Source of the DNA: Octopus bimaculoides
Lineage: Eukaryota
Direction of reading: 5' to 3'
DNA length: 64,000 nucleotides
Assembly: GCF_001194135.2 (NCBI RefSeq)
Contig: NC_068993.1
Coordinates: forward strand, 28,286,165-28,350,164
Made by a program: the position numbers and the translations under genes. Below the pieces are notes generated by a model. That model saw only the letters and a program-made list of their open reading frames with translations, searched no databases and was not told where the DNA came from. Positions 51,505 through 63,304 of this stretch are shown here, in pieces (the first letter of the stretch is position 1; every line of letters starts with the position of its first letter).

Positions 51505-54500
51505 CTTACGTTGAATGTCAAGTGTTTGAGATGTATTGAAAGATACAGATAAGGAAGTAGCATGAACAGGACAAACTATCAATATTTTGCAGAAAAATCT
51601 GTCGGCAGCCAGCCATGAGACTCAAACTCACATCCCCGTTATTACGCGTCAAGTGCTTTACCATTAAACTAAACTGCCCAGACGATAAATTCTTCTGTAA
51701 ATTTAGGATATATAAATCTAGCTTTTATAATATGCTATCGCATGTTAAATTAAACTTATGCTGAAAGTCAACAAACGAAGTTTGCTTTAGAAGCGTTGAT
51801 ACAGATAAGGAAATAATTTAATTCTCAAACGCATGTGTGTATTCAGTTATACATATATTCGGCTCAGAGGACTACAAATCTTGAAGGAGGTGGGAGGGTA
51901 GGTTGAGCTTCATGCTTAGGGATGAAAGAATTACTGAGGAGGGGGTGGGGCAGAGAGAGAAAGAAAAAATGATCAATAGGAGCTGCTAGGGATAGATAAT
52001 GGCAATGAGGTGCCTAGATGGCCCTACAAGGCACAAGGTGAGTAGAAGTGAGTAGGTGATTTGCAAGATTGTATAGGAAGAAGAATGAAGGGATGGAAGG
52101 TAGACTGTCAAAATGGGTAGGATTGAAAGGTGGATGTAAACGACAGGAGTAGTAAAGGTGACACAGTTGCCAGAGGGAAATGACATGTTAAGCAGGCATA
52201 GTATATGTAAAGGTGAGGATGAATCACAGTAATGTGTGGAGGGCACAAAACGTACCACATCCAGAGCCGAGTTTCACTGAAGAGGGTGGGTCTTTTCAAG
52301 AACCTCAAATCACCAGAGATCCTAGTCCTTTGTCATCTCCTCCACTATGCTCAGGGTACTGGGGTCAGCCTTCACCACTTCATCCCATGTCTTCCAGCAT
52401 CTCCTTCTTCCATAAGTTCCATCTACATTTAGTGATCAACACATTTTTATACAGCTGTCCTCATCCATATGCATCATGCATCACATGACTTCTTTCTTGC
52501 ACAGTAGATCTGATTCCTTCAATACCCAGTTTTTCACTCAGCACCTTCATACTAATTATTTCATGCACACTCACATTGCACATCCAATAGAGTATACTCA
52601 CTTCATTTCTCTGTAGTCTTCTCAAGTGCTCTACATCCAAGGCCCATGTTTCACTACCATGCAGCTTTGTAGTTCTAACACAAGCATCATAAAATCTACT
52701 CTTCACTCTTAGGGAAAAGATCTTTGTTGTCAGCAGTGGTAGCAGCTCCCTGAACTTTTTCTGAGATTTTACTCTAGCTACTATATAGGGATAAGGCCAG
52801 CAGGGAGGACTCAGTATGAGGGGAAGTAGTGTCATCATACAATATATATGGGTGAGTGAATAGAGTGGTGCCTGGAGGAGAGATAAAATGATGATGAGGG
52901 ACGAATGCATGTCCTCAAGATAATGTCCGAGAGAACATGGTGACAGGAGAATGAGGGATGGATGGGTGGGTGGGTAAAGGTTGCCAGAGCGCAATCCTTG
53001 CCTAATTGAGCATCATGATTTAGGAAGAAAAAGGAAGGAGAGATACCAAGACATAAGCGATTCAAGTATGGAGATACTTACCTCCTTTCTCCATACTTGA
53101 TAAAAGAACAGATAAGGGGGTAGAGTAATATGAGGTCATGAAATGGACCATAGACTGATCAAAGGGAGAGCATGCACAAAACAAAAAACAAAGGAAGGTG
53201 GGGTACTATGCCATCATTTCAACAAATATTTCACCACATTTACTCATTTTAAATGCTAAAAATTTAATACATTAGGATTGAAATTACTGATTAATATACT
53301 TCAGAGTAAAAGAAGATAATACACAACTGATTTTTAGGTAGAAAATGTTTGGGTGGGTGGGGTTAGTATTACATTAAAGATCACATTGAGTAGATATGGA
53401 TAAAGAACAAATGAGTTTAGAGGTAAGAGGGAAAATTTTTACATAACTGATTTTGTTAAATCAAGACAAGATTGTAAGAAAATGTAATAAAATTTTACCA
53501 ATCATCAGGTTTCACTGCATCAGGATCAGCTATTCTGAAAATAAAGTAAATATTTCATTGAACATGAATGTAATGATTCAGGTTATGAAAACATTCAAGA
53601 AACAAACTACACAAGAAAAAGTTACACTTTTTATTTAAAGTGAAACCTTTCATAATTTCATGTTAATTTATGTTCCAAACATCATGATTATTTTCTAAAT
53701 TAATTCAAAGAAAGGTTGTGTATTTCAATAGAAGCAGGGTTTCAAAAAAGTTCAGTTACTTACTTCTCTCTATCATCCCAGTCAGCAGGTTTCTGATCTT
53801 TATTATCTTCAATTTCTTTAGCTGGATTAACTGGAGGTCTATAATGAAACAAATATCACTAAGCAAAGAGACTTTGAATGTCACATCTAATACTTATCAC
53901 TACATTTAGAGAGAAACAAGCCGATGAGGAATGGAGGGATTGTGTTGCCTATCTTTTTACTCAATGATACAGTTCAGAATTTGATGTATTTCAACCTTGT
54001 ACAAAGACCTTGCTCACCAAAATGGAATAATAAAATAAAATACCAGTCAAATACTATGGTTGATGTAATCAAATAAGCCACTTCCCTCAAAAGTGTATCT
54101 AAATTATAAACACATTTATTAGAGTAGTGGAATACCAGAAATTTCAGTGCAACAGACAAAATGGTTTGTGGTGTTTCCTCTGGCTCTTTATGTTGAATAT
54201 AAGTTTGTTATCATTTCAGGGGTTTATAAGATAAAGTACTGTATATTTCCATGTATAAGACGACCTTTCGATCAGATGAGGTTAAAATTTGTGAAAAAAA
54301 TTTCATGAATTTATCTCATGTCTGTAGTATAAGACAACTGCTAAATTACAAAACCATCTATGTACAGACTAGCTTTTGCAACAAGTATCTTTAGAAATAT
54401 TGGTCATGTAAAGATGATGTTATTACAAATGTTTTTTTTACTTACTATATCCTTAGAAATTAAAATAAATGAAATAGTAAATCCCTTTCTATATCATATT

Positions 54501-57500
54501 TTTTTCATACATACATCACCAAAAAGGGAACCTGATTCTTCTTTATCAAAACATTATTGCTATCATAACTGCTAAAAATGGTGATTCATATGACTGAAAT
54601 GTTCTAAACTGTTACAGTCAGCCTGGACTATTAATAACCAGTTATCTATACTTCATATAAAATCACGAACTGTCTAGTCAAGTGAAATTTATAATTATTC
54701 TATACCTATACCAATATGCAACCACCAGCAATATATGGTGGCTAGTTTCAAACTGAAAGTTACAGAAGTAGTCAAGAGTTCGAAACACTATGCTACTGCT
54801 AGAACATTCGGCATTACTGAGAAGATGATACAAGAGTGGAGAAAGAATGAAGTAAAATTAAGACAAATGCTCAAACAAAAATGTGCAATAAAAGGAAGCA
54901 CTCGATGGCTGAAGCTGGAAAATGATGTAGCAGAATGGGTACTCTAGAGACAAGATAGCTACATTGTAACACGAAATAATTCATCGTCCAGCTGAGAAAA
55001 AGAATCAGTTTCCATTGTCTCATATTGGAAATATGGATGAAACTCCATTAAAATCTGACATGCTGAGTAACAAACCAGTAGATTTGAAATGAGTAAAAAC
55101 AGTGCATGTTAAAAGCACAGGATATGAGAAAACGAGGTGTGTGTGCATGTCCCACCGAGGAGATGACTGAACCAATATGAGATTCTTAAGACTCATACAC
55201 CTCAGCAAAACTGAGTTTTGGAAGAGCTGTGTATTCCACCCACATGTAACATTAAATTTTTCACACACTACTCCAATGAATCAAACTACACTGCATCTTC
55301 TTCATGCACTATGCTTATCTCTCCCTCCCTATTCCTGCAGCCCAATCTTATCCTCTCTGCCCAGCCAACTGTATCATTGCTATTTAATTGTCTCCTCTCT
55401 CTATACACCCAGGTTCTACCAGTCACAACAACATCCCTTGCATTCACATGAACTTCCTACTCATATACCCTGGGCAATACTTTACCATCCCTTTTATAGT
55501 CATATCCTCATACCTTGAGTATGCCCTAGCATACTGCCATAATTTCTCCCCCTCTCTCTCTCCCTCTGACAGGAGTAACTATGTATCCCCTCTATGCAAG
55601 ACACCTGTTTCTGTCTCTTGGTCATATTCTAAGCTCTCATCACCCAGCACAAAGCCACTTTCTTCAATACCATACCCCACTCAAACAATCTTTGTCTTGC
55701 AAGTTACTTGGTGATCTCACTGGGGTTGGTGCCATGTAAAAAGCATCCAGTTCACTCTGTAAAGTGGTTGGTGTTAGGAAGGGAATCCAGCAATAAAATC
55801 TATGCCAAAACAGAGAGTAGAGCTTGGTGCAATCCACTGGCTTGCCAGCTCCTGTTAAACTGTCCAACCCATGCTAGCATGGAAGATGTTAAACAATATT
55901 ATATATATATATATACATACACACACACATCTATATACATATATATGTATTAGGTTGTCAAGAAAGTTCTTGCAGTTTTTAACCTTTAAATTCAGATGCA
56001 CATATCTTTGGCTCAAACAAAACTTTATTAATCGAAATAAACACCATCAGAATCAACGCACTTTTGCCAACGCGAAACAAGTTTATTTATGCCAGTAGCG
56101 TAAAAATCATGCGCTCTGGTGGCGATGAAGTCGCTGAAGGTGTGTTTGGCATTGTCTTTGTTTCTGAAGCATTTCTCACGCAGGAAGTTGTCAAGATGCT
56201 TGAAAAAGTGGTAATCGGTAGGCAAGAGGTCTGGTGAGTATGGCAGATGAGGCAGTTTCATAGCCCAATTCTTTCAACCTCTGCAGAGTCAGTTGTGTGA
56301 CGTGCGGCCGAGTGTTGACGTGGAGAAGAATTGGTCCTTTTCTATTGACCAATGCTGGCTGTTCTTGTCGGAGTTTCTTATGCATTTCACCCATTTGCTG
56401 ACAGTACTTCTCCACTGTAATGGTTTCGCCTGGATTCAAAAAGCTGTGATGGATGAGACTGGCCACAGACCACCAAACAGTCACCATGACCTTCTTTTGG
56501 TGCAACTTTGGCTTCGGGAAGTGCCGTGGAGCTTCGTCGGTGTCCAACCACTGAGCTGAGCGTTGCCAGTTGTCATAAAGAATCCACTTTTCATCGCAAG
56601 TCACAATCTGGTCGAGAAACAGGTTGTTCTTGTTGCGTAAAAGAGAAGACAACACTTTTTGTTGTTCAATTCATGTGGCACCCATTTCTCAAGTATTTTT
56701 GTTTTTCCAATCTCTTTCAAGTGGTTGGAAATTGTCGTATATGTTAAGTCTAATACAGAAGCAAGCTCCTGAACAGTTGTGCGTGGATTGGCTTTGACTA
56801 AGGCTCTTAGTTTATTGTTGTCAACATCCGATGGCTGACCACTATGCTTATCATCTTCATGACTCTCATCACCGCTATGAAATTTCTTGAACCACTATTG
56901 TGCTGTACATTCATTAGTGGTTCCTGGGCCAAACACATCGTTGATATCGTGAGCTGTTTCAGTAGCTTTTCAGCCTAGCTTGAACGGAAATAAGAAAATT
57001 GTGCGAATTTGCTTTTTGTCCATGTTGTATTCAACATTCCGGAAAAAATGGCCTAATTATTCAAAAAGGAAATGAATAACACGATTAGATAGAGTGAAAA
57101 ATGAGCTTTAAAATTATATATGAAGTCAAAGTGATTTAATGAAAATTAATTTGAAAACTCATCATTTAAAACCAAAATTAAAAATTCCTTAAGAACTTTC
57201 TTGACAACCTAATATATATGTATAAAAGACACCAACCAAACCCTAAACCTCTTCAACTCATTCTCTTTTCCATCTGGAGAATCCAAAGCCTTTTTCACCA
57301 AGGCCACCAAATCACTGTACACTGTCATCCTCCATAACAACAGTCTACTAGCCTTAAAACATTTCTTCGTCTGTCTCCTCTACCTAGCTGAACTCATCGA
57401 AACACTTAATTGCTTTTTTCTGGAGAATTTTATGAATAGGTTAGCAGTGCTGTTATAGGAACTAGGACGGACCCCAATTATACCAACCTCTTTGTAAGCC

Positions 57501-60500
57501 ACCACACTTACCAGATAACAATTTTATCTCTTTTGTTAACAACTTTCGACCCTGTCTTAGAATTTACTTCCACTGTATCCCATACTTTTGTTAGTTTTCT
57601 CAATATCTCCAAACAATATCCACCTATCTACCCATGTCCAATCCAACCTACTGACTCCCACTCCTACCTCCACTACTCTTCTTCTGACACCAAACACACT
57701 AAATCTGCCATACCCCTCGCAATTCTTTCACTTATGCTGGCTCTGCAGTGGATTCATATTCTAAACCCCAATGCCAAACAATGCAACAATTCTTCCTGAA
57801 TCAAGAGCACCCTCGATCAGTTGACACTCTGCTAGGTCCATGTCACTGACCATGCTGCTGTTCTCCTATTGCCTTTACACACATCTACAGACTGTATTCT
57901 ACTTTCCGACCTCACAACTGCTCCAAACTTTCCTGGACCATTTCTGTTCGCCTTTAAAAAAGATAAGAATCTTTGAAATTTCCTAATAAGAAGCACTATA
58001 AAACTCAGTTCCACACAACCAAGCACTTTTGAATGCACTTGCTTATGATACAACACTTTCCCCTATGTTAATGATATTACTATCACCACTAGGCCCAAGA
58101 CACAATATGATATTAATCAGAACTTCTCTTGCACATTGCCTAACCTTATACATTGCATCATCTACAAACTTTGCAGTGCAATTTACATTAGGGAAACAGG
58201 CAAATGCCTTGTTGATCTGTTTCAGGAGTATATTCAAAGCATACTACTACATATGTCAGGCCAGTTTATTGCCACCCACTTCAACATAACAGGCCACTCC
58301 ACCACTTACTTATCAGTGTGGGTCATCACTGCACACTACAAAACCACAATCTCAAAGGAACAGAGGGGAACAACATTTCGTATTCAAAGTTTAAATGAAC
58401 GTTTTTTTTTTTTAACTCTCTACTCCTATATCTACTCTTAGTTTATTCAACACTTTCTTATCTTTCACCTCCCCTTTATTCTCATCTTTTCCCTTCATCT
58501 TAGCCTATTTCTCCTCATTCCAATCCTCTTTCCTTCTCACACTATTTCTCCTACCATTTATTGTTTACATACAAAGCTCAGGAGGTCCTGCATTTCTTAT
58601 CAGTTGCTGCCAGTTTTTCTAACTTGGGAAGATGTACAACTCTGCTGTCACAATTTCTCTCATTCCAATTTTTCTTGGAGAAGGGCACATTGGATTTTTC
58701 ACTTCTCACAGCAAGTTTACTTACTCTTTTTATTGACTTTACTATATATTATACACACACACACATGGCTAGGACAAAGTTCTGTGGCTGAGAAGTTCAC
58801 TTCCTAACCATGTGGTTTTAGGTTCAGTGACATAACCTTACTAGTGCTTGTGGAAAAAAAAAGGGACTTGTAAAGTGCTTGGCATTAGGCAGAGCTTCTA
58901 GTCAAACTGTCCAACCCATGGAAGATGATGCTGATGTGTGTGTGATTATATTTGCAATCACATGTACATATGTAGCAGTGGGTGGAGTTGTTATCACTTG
59001 TCCTGTCAACAAATCATCCAGTTATTTTGTATCTTTGAAGTTATGTGGAATAAAAGATTCCTTAAATGCAAAGCAGACAAGGGTTAGCATGAAGAAGGCT
59101 ATCCAGTTGTAAAACAATGTATCTGCTCCAAGAGAGCATACATATATAACTGATGTAAAATGAAATGCGAGGGGTTGGCAACAGAAAGGACATCTGGTTA
59201 TAGATGTGGTTCATTGAATTTCATCTGACACACGCAAGCATGGGAAAATGGACATTGTATAGCAAAGTCAACCTTGGTGAGATTTGAATTTAGAACATGT
59301 CAAACAGACACCTGTATTTTGTCCAACACTAACAATTCAACCAATCCACTAATGAATTCTTAAATCAGCATATAATCACAATAGATCGTGAGGGAATATT
59401 TTATTAGTCAGCAAACTAACAAAATACACCCTAATTATGTGGCCTCACACGATATTCATCTATAACTAGAACTTGAAAAAATTAAATATCTGGACCATAT
59501 AGAAAGGCTTCTATATAGTACCGCACCAGTTGTAGGATACTTAGACAATCTGGTACCCAACAGGTGGTAGAATACAAGAGCCAAAACAATTTCTTTAAGT
59601 TGAAGGTATGGGTTTGAACCCAGAAGGCAAATTCTATGCACTTAACTTGCTGTAATTGCATTCCATGACATACATACTTGAATAACAGAGAAACAAAGGT
59701 ACAAAAATTTGATTGATACTTACGTCATGTCTTCTAACAAATTTCCTTCATTAACAACTGTTCCATCAACAGAGATTTTGAAAGTGTTATCAGGATTCAC
59801 AACTGTGAAGAAACATTTTATACATTAAGTTTTCAGTTATCATGTAATAAATTCAGATTACTTTTTAAAATATATTTCAGTTCATATTTATAAGTACAAA
59901 AGAAAAAGAAAATGGTATTTGTTAATGTAATGTTATCTTCTCAGCTAAGATAACATTACATTAACAAATGCCAACATGTCCACAAAAATGCACACACACA
60001 ACTTAAAGTAAAGAGCCTTGTTCAGATCAAGACATCTCAATTGTGCAAAGTTTAAATGTCCAGAAACATTCAAACACTCACTCATAATAGAATGCTTTAT
60101 ACAAGTCAATAAAACAAGTCTACCCCAACTGTGCAAGTTTAAAAACATAGATAATTGTAAACATTCTTATTGAGATAGCTAGTGTTGTGGAAGATTCGCA
60201 ATGCCTTTGTATACAATGGATCTAGAAGACTTTTGTTACATTAGTCAGTCATTGAAGGAGGAAGTTCAGGACTGCTGATCTATACAGGATCTCCCTGACC
60301 AGTGAAATTGATACCCTACAGGTGTTGAAACAATAGTAGATTAACAGGCCAGTGAGAAGATTCCATGCTGTTTTTTTGATTTGCTAGAAATAACAGCTCA
60401 AGTCCCTTAAAATTGCACCCAATTGTTTTGAAAGTGATATTGCCTTTTGGAAAGTTGAGATTCAGTTTGAAATTCAGAAGATTGCTGTCTGCAAGCAAAA

Positions 60501-62185
60501 TGTGTGGAAAGAGAGAATTCAAAAAGTTGTAATTCTGGGTAAGAATGATAGTGCAAAATGTTTAGTGTACAATCTGGGAAGTGAGAAAAGGGATAGGCAC
60601 ACACAATAAGTTTGGGTAGAGGTGGGTGCAGCTAGCTCAATCAGACGAGCACATTTAATGGCTTAAAGTCATGTAAGCCAGTGGTTCTAACATATTAGAG
60701 AATCTTTTCCAAAGCAGCTGAATAGTAATGGGTGGAAGAGCTGCCTAGAATTAGAGTTTGTGTGTGTAACAGCAAACACAGTTCCAGATACATATATACA
60801 AAGTTTGTGCAAGATTATACACATGAAATTGTCCTGAGGGATCAGAGATTTTGATGCCTAGTATTAATAAGGATTGAGAACTTTGTGCTGCACATAGGCA
60901 AGGAGTTCTATCCATAAAGAATTTCAACAAAATATAAAACAGCTATTATACTGTACAGCAATGCATGCAATAAGCAACAAGGTTCTCAGTTGTATACCCA
61001 TGCAATTTAGAAAGCAACAGAGATCATGAAAGTTTAATTTTCTCCAGTAATTTGAGCAGACATGTAACATATCTACTTGATCATGTTTGGACACAATGCT
61101 GCACTAGACTGAAATAAGTCTTGATCATCCAATTCTCTTAAAGATAGTACTCAATTCAGATTGTCATCTAATATCAGCTTTCCAAAAGGCAATATCACTT
61201 TCAAAACAATTGGGTGCATTTTTAAGAGACTTTGGCTGCTATTTCTAGCAAGTCAAAAAATAGCATGGAATCTTCTCACTGGCCTGTTTAGATACTATTG
61301 TTTCAACATTACCATTATACTTCACAGTTGCTTGGCTAAATATTGAAATCTGATGCAGTTTTACTTCCAGAAATATCTACATATTAAATACTTGCTAGAA
61401 ATCTTTCTAAAATGAAAATTTATAAAGATGTTAACTTCCACAGGACCTAGAATGAGATGCAGTTTGGTTTTGTATCAGGAAGAAGTGCCGTAGATGCCAT
61501 CCTCCAAGTGATGGCAACTGTAAGAGAAATAATTAACTAGCAGTAAGCCGCTATATGCAACATTCATAGACCTGGAGAAAGCCTTCAACTGGGTTCTTTT
61601 CTCAGTCATCTGGTGGGTACTAAAGAAGTTTGGAGTAAATGAGTGGCTAGAAAGGCCATTCAAGCTATGTACAAAGGGACAATCAGCAAGGTTGGAGTTA
61701 ATGATTACAGGTGAATTTAACATGCACACAGGGATCAGTCTTCAACCCTCTACTGTTTATAACAGACCTCCAAGCCATGACAGGAGTTTAAGATTGGTTG
61801 GCCACATGAACTCCAGCATGTTGATGATCATGATCTTATAGTAGAATCTGTGGAAGATTTGGAGAAGAAATATCAGACATGGAAGCAAAAACTGGAATTG
61901 AAGAGCCTTGAAATAAATTTAGCCAAGCCAGGTATGCATAAAAGGAATAGTATTGTCTTCACTTCTACTTTAATATTTTATAATAATAATATACATTATT
62001 AGCTGTCAAAGCTACTTACCACTATTTATTATTCCTAAAACAAGATATCAAAGCTATTTTATTATAACACAGAATACTATATGAATAATGAAAGATTAAA
62101 TAAACTTACTAAGTTGATATAAATGTGTCTTTTTATCTGTAAAGTAACTTTCAATGCTTCCTGTAGGTTTTTTGGCATGCTTTTC
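22310..62185 (-). CDS. CANX: Calnexin, spliced model, 5'-partial (upstream exons lie beyond the window): 13 exons, 1227 nt, 408 aa + stop
   Basis: Manually joined GT-AG exons with matching phases translate to [27 protein letters not shown]..., four motif-1 repeats (I.D....KP.DWD/GWL), four motif-2 repeats (G.W..P.I.NP), C-x3-PGC, GLELWSM, ERPWLW + TM + CC, acidic tail and basic C-terminus, all calnexin hallmarks. Confidence 0.97.
23328..26073 (-). mobile_element. Degraded DNA transposon with ~90-bp TIRs, CMC/Chapaev-3-like
   Basis: TIRs ctggtcaaca..gaatctgaaaatgacctt / aaggtcattttcagaatc..tgttgaccagtg followed by TTA; motifs [66 protein letters not shown]. Confidence 0.75.
26114..26466 (-). 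mobile_element. Internally deleted mariner (353 bp, MITE-like)
   Basis: Perfect TIRs tcaggtcatcccataagttctgtc / gacagaacttatgggatgacctga with TA TSD; retains transposase C-terminus [21 protein letters not shown]. Confidence 0.9.
26469..28860 (+). mobile_element. Penelope-like remnant with long inverted arms and a nested RTE tail
   Basis: [43 protein letters not shown]; arms ~26469-27005 and ~28243-28860 are reverse complements. Confidence 0.7.
30785..30828 (-). CDS. CANX: Calnexin penultimate exon [14 protein letters not shown](R)
   Basis: tttcacag acceptor, gtaaat donor, phase 0-2; supplies the phase needed to join the terminal exon. Confidence 0.85.
30985..31915 (+). mobile_element. RTE LINE 3' fragment with well-preserved 3' UTR containing internal tandem repeats
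   Basis: [33 protein letters not shown]; repeat aatagcaccatttaagc.tgatcgttaccaacgtcgccttcctggcac x2 (~31501-31614). Confidence 0.85.
32435..32704 (-). CDS. CANX: Calnexin cytosolic tail exon [16 protein letters not shown]...EEEEEEEE...DLEVEK
   Basis: caag acceptor, gtaagt donor, 270 nt, phase 0-0; KKTDAP motif conserved in calnexins, followed by an acidic tail. Confidence 0.94.
33910..35135 (+). mobile_element. Degraded mariner transposon
   Basis: [56 protein letters not shown]; decayed TIRs. Confidence 0.85.
35393..35473 (+). ncRNA. Type I hammerhead-like motif with long stem II
   Basis: GGCC-CUGAAGA-GGUGCAAGA...UCUUGCAUU-GAAA-UG(UG)CAU-A-GGUU. Confidence 0.45.
35800..36600. repeat. (TA)n/(TACA)n microsatellite block with internal gap
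   Basis: Directly visible. Confidence 0.95.
36602..38111 (+). mobile_element. Probable non-autonomous Helitron
   Basis: 5' a|TCtatatagctgagtttgtgagtgtg; 3' cccggacaacgtcagg..tgCTAG|t, similar to the terminus at 700-729. Confidence 0.6.
39144..39290 (-). CDS. CANX: Putative alternative (mutually exclusive) calnexin transmembrane exon B: [49 protein letters not shown]
   Basis: ttttgttttctgtatacag acceptor, GAG|gtagtt donor, 147 nt, phase 0-0, no stops; [10 protein letters not shown]...P aligns to calnexin AAEERPWL..VY...P. Confidence 0.75.
39364..39525 (+). repeat. ~160-bp direct repeat, copy 1 (copy 2 at 40297-40461)
   Basis: tagaatgctgaaagggaaatatcttg..gggctttaaacagagccacactttt is nearly identical at both sites. 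Confidence 0.92.
39628..39756 (-). CDS. CANX: Calnexin transmembrane exon A: [43 protein letters not shown]
   Basis: ctctgtttcag acceptor, gtaagc donor, phase 0-0; ERPWLW + hydrophobic helix + CC. Confidence 0.96.
40600..41352 (-). mobile_element. Tc1-like transposon remnant
   Basis: [36 protein letters not shown]; one TIR-like end atttacccagtgcaccct. Confidence 0.8.
41460..41755 (-). mobile_element. tRNA-derived SINE, 5'-truncated
   Basis: Reverse complement of the 44940-45360 family. Confidence 0.85.
41950..42300 (+). mobile_element. RTE-like LINE 3' ORF fragment
   Basis: [37 protein letters not shown]. Confidence 0.65.
43555..43925 (-). mobile_element. tRNA-derived SINE
   Basis: Reverse complement of the 44940-45360 family, including head ggagtggctgtgtggtaagaagcttgc. 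Confidence 0.88.
43975..44330 (+). mobile_element. RTE LINE 3' fragment
   Basis: [25 protein letters not shown]. Confidence 0.8.
44940..45360 (+). mobile_element. Full-length tRNA-derived SINE
   Basis: ggaggagtggctgtgtggtaagtag..ggattcagtcgcactgcgtggcatcttgggcaagtg, (TA)n(TG)n middle, tail ..gactgaaacaagtaaaagagtaaagag. Confidence 0.9.
45857..46003 (-). CDS. CANX: Calnexin exon [23 protein letters not shown]...EKSSISG
   Basis: cag acceptor, gtaagt donor, phase 0-0; GLELWSM..I.FDN motif. Confidence 0.97.
46721..46795 (-). CDS. CANX: Calnexin exon [25 protein letters not shown]
   Basis: ctag acceptor, gtaagt donor, phase 0-0. Confidence 0.97.
47060..47830 (+). mobile_element. Highly degraded RTE LINE 3' fragment
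   Basis: Decayed similarity to 7450-8140 and 11500-12230 ([17 protein letters not shown]). Confidence 0.65.
48950..49065 (-). CDS. CANX: Calnexin exon [38 protein letters not shown]
   Basis: tag acceptor, gtcagt donor, phase 1-0; P-domain Cys pair and motif-2 repeats. Confidence 0.97.
49266..49306 (-). CDS. CANX: Calnexin exon [13 protein letters not shown](S)
   Basis: tag acceptor, gtaagt donor, phase 2-1. Confidence 0.96.
50023..50136 (-). CDS. CANX: Calnexin exon [37 protein letters not shown](W)
   Basis: cag acceptor, gtatgt donor, phase 2-2; motif-1 repeats 3 and 4. Confidence 0.97.
50850..51200 (-). mobile_element. RTE LINE fragment
   Basis: [39 protein letters not shown], homologous to 10500-10700. 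Confidence 0.85.
51407..51500. repeat. (CT)n(AT)n microsatellite
   Basis: Directly visible. Confidence 0.95.
51900..53050 (-). mobile_element. RTE LINE 3' fragment and purine-rich 3' UTR-like sequence
   Basis: [33 protein letters not shown]. Confidence 0.75.
53499..53534 (-). CDS. CANX: Calnexin 36-nt exon [11 protein letters not shown](W)
   Basis: ttttcag acceptor, gtaaaa donor, phase 2-2; motif-1 repeat 2. Confidence 0.94.
53764..53838 (-). CDS. CANX: Calnexin exon [24 protein letters not shown](K)
   Basis: tag acceptor, gtaagt donor, phase 2-2; start of P-domain. Confidence 0.96.
54237..55145 (+). mobile_element. pogo/Tigger-like DNA transposon remnant
   Basis: End tactgtatatttccatgtataagacg; CENP-B-like [37 protein letters not shown]; [16 protein letters not shown]. 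Confidence 0.75.
55950..57212 (-). mobile_element. Full-length degraded mariner transposon
   Basis: Perfect TIRs ttaggttgtcaagaaagttctt / aagaactttcttgacaacctaa with TA TSD; [46 protein letters not shown]; frameshifted. Confidence 0.92.
57230..58450 (+). mobile_element. Degraded Penelope-like element (RT end + GIY-YIG)
   Basis: [33 protein letters not shown]. Confidence 0.65.
59724..59802 (-). CDS. CANX: Calnexin exon (I)[25 protein letters not shown](T)
   Basis: cag acceptor, gtaagt donor, phase 1-2; matches LNPDNSF..VD..VVN.GNLL.DMT. Confidence 0.95.
60322..61310. repeat. ~140-bp inverted repeat pair (60322-60460 / 61170-61310)
   Basis: gtgagaagattccatgc..gaaagtgatattgccttttggaaag versus ctttccaaaaggcaatatcactttc..gcatggaatcttctcac. 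Confidence 0.85.
61450..61930 (+). mobile_element. RTE LINE RT fragment
   Basis: [31 protein letters not shown]. Confidence 0.8.
62110..62185 (-). CDS. CANX: Calnexin exon [25 protein letters not shown] (phase 0-1)
   Basis: ttttatttctag acceptor, gtaagt donor; matches calnexin [15 protein letters not shown]. Confidence 0.95.
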
Positions 62186-62419
62186 CTAGAAATAAAAAGT
62201 AGGTATTTACAAAACCATAATACTAATTTTGGCACAAGACCAACAATTTTGATAGGAGGAAGCAAGTCAATTACATCAACCCTAGTACTTGACTGGTACT
62301 TTATTGACCTCAAAAGGATGCAAGGCAAAAATCAATCTTGAAGACATGCCACTAAGCGTTTTGTTTGACATGCTAAGAATTCTGCTACCTTGCCACTTTA
62401 ATATTTTTTTCTTTTTGTC

Positions 62420-63200
62420 CTTCTGACCTCTGCAAGGTGGCTGGAGATTAATCTGCTTAAGTGGTCAAATGAAGCAGGAGGTAAAAAGACAAAAGAGTGA
62501 AAACATTTTTGTCTTTAATTAAAAATTCAATAATTTAGTTGTGAATCACCAAGAACATGGTGGGCCTGCAATGGAATAGAATCTGAAGGTGCTATGTTTG
62601 GAAGTAAGTTCAGTACATTACAGATTGGAAAAGATGTCAGCTCAAACACCTAATGATGAAGCCTAATATGGTCCTTAAGATGCATGCCTGCTTTGTATCA
62701 AAATTATAAGCAGATGATCAAACCTTTTCCAAGCAAGAAACTACATCATCATTGTGAAATGAATGCAACTGAGCATTTCTGTCATGAAGAAACTTTTGAT
62801 TCTCCTGATTGTGGATGAAATGGGATGCTTCATGCTGGTGATCAACAAATAATACCCCTAAAAATGCTCAGTGGGGAAAGACATGTGGAACTGAAACATT
62901 GAGTTTGTGTAGACTATGCAGATTATGATGGTGAATACCTGTTCATTATTATAGATGCACATTCAAAGTGGATTGACATTTGCACAACATGGATCAGCCA
63001 CATGAACCCAATGCAGCAATTCAATTAACCATTACCACTTGTGTAGAGAAGCCTTTGCCAGTGAACTCCTGGTACAGTGACAAAGGTATCATTTGTTCAA
63101 TTTTCAATATTAAACTCAATGTCAGTTCACCACACATAATTTCAGGTGACAGCTTTCATTTTGATTATTCCAGAGTGACACTAGTGAAGCTTGTCTAAAA
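62420..63200 (+). mobile_element. Gypsy-type LTR retrotransposon integrase remnant
   Basis: VCVDYADYDGEYLFIIIDAHSKWIDI and YSDKG resemble HVDYAG..FLIIVDAHSKW and SDNG. Confidence 0.65.
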
Positions 63201-63304
63201 CTCATCTGAAATACTGTGTGAATCAAATCCTGTATTCTAATGTAAAACTGCATGTGGTTATTAATAGCAACTATCATATAGTCCTAGCTATGTAATAAGA
63301 AGTT

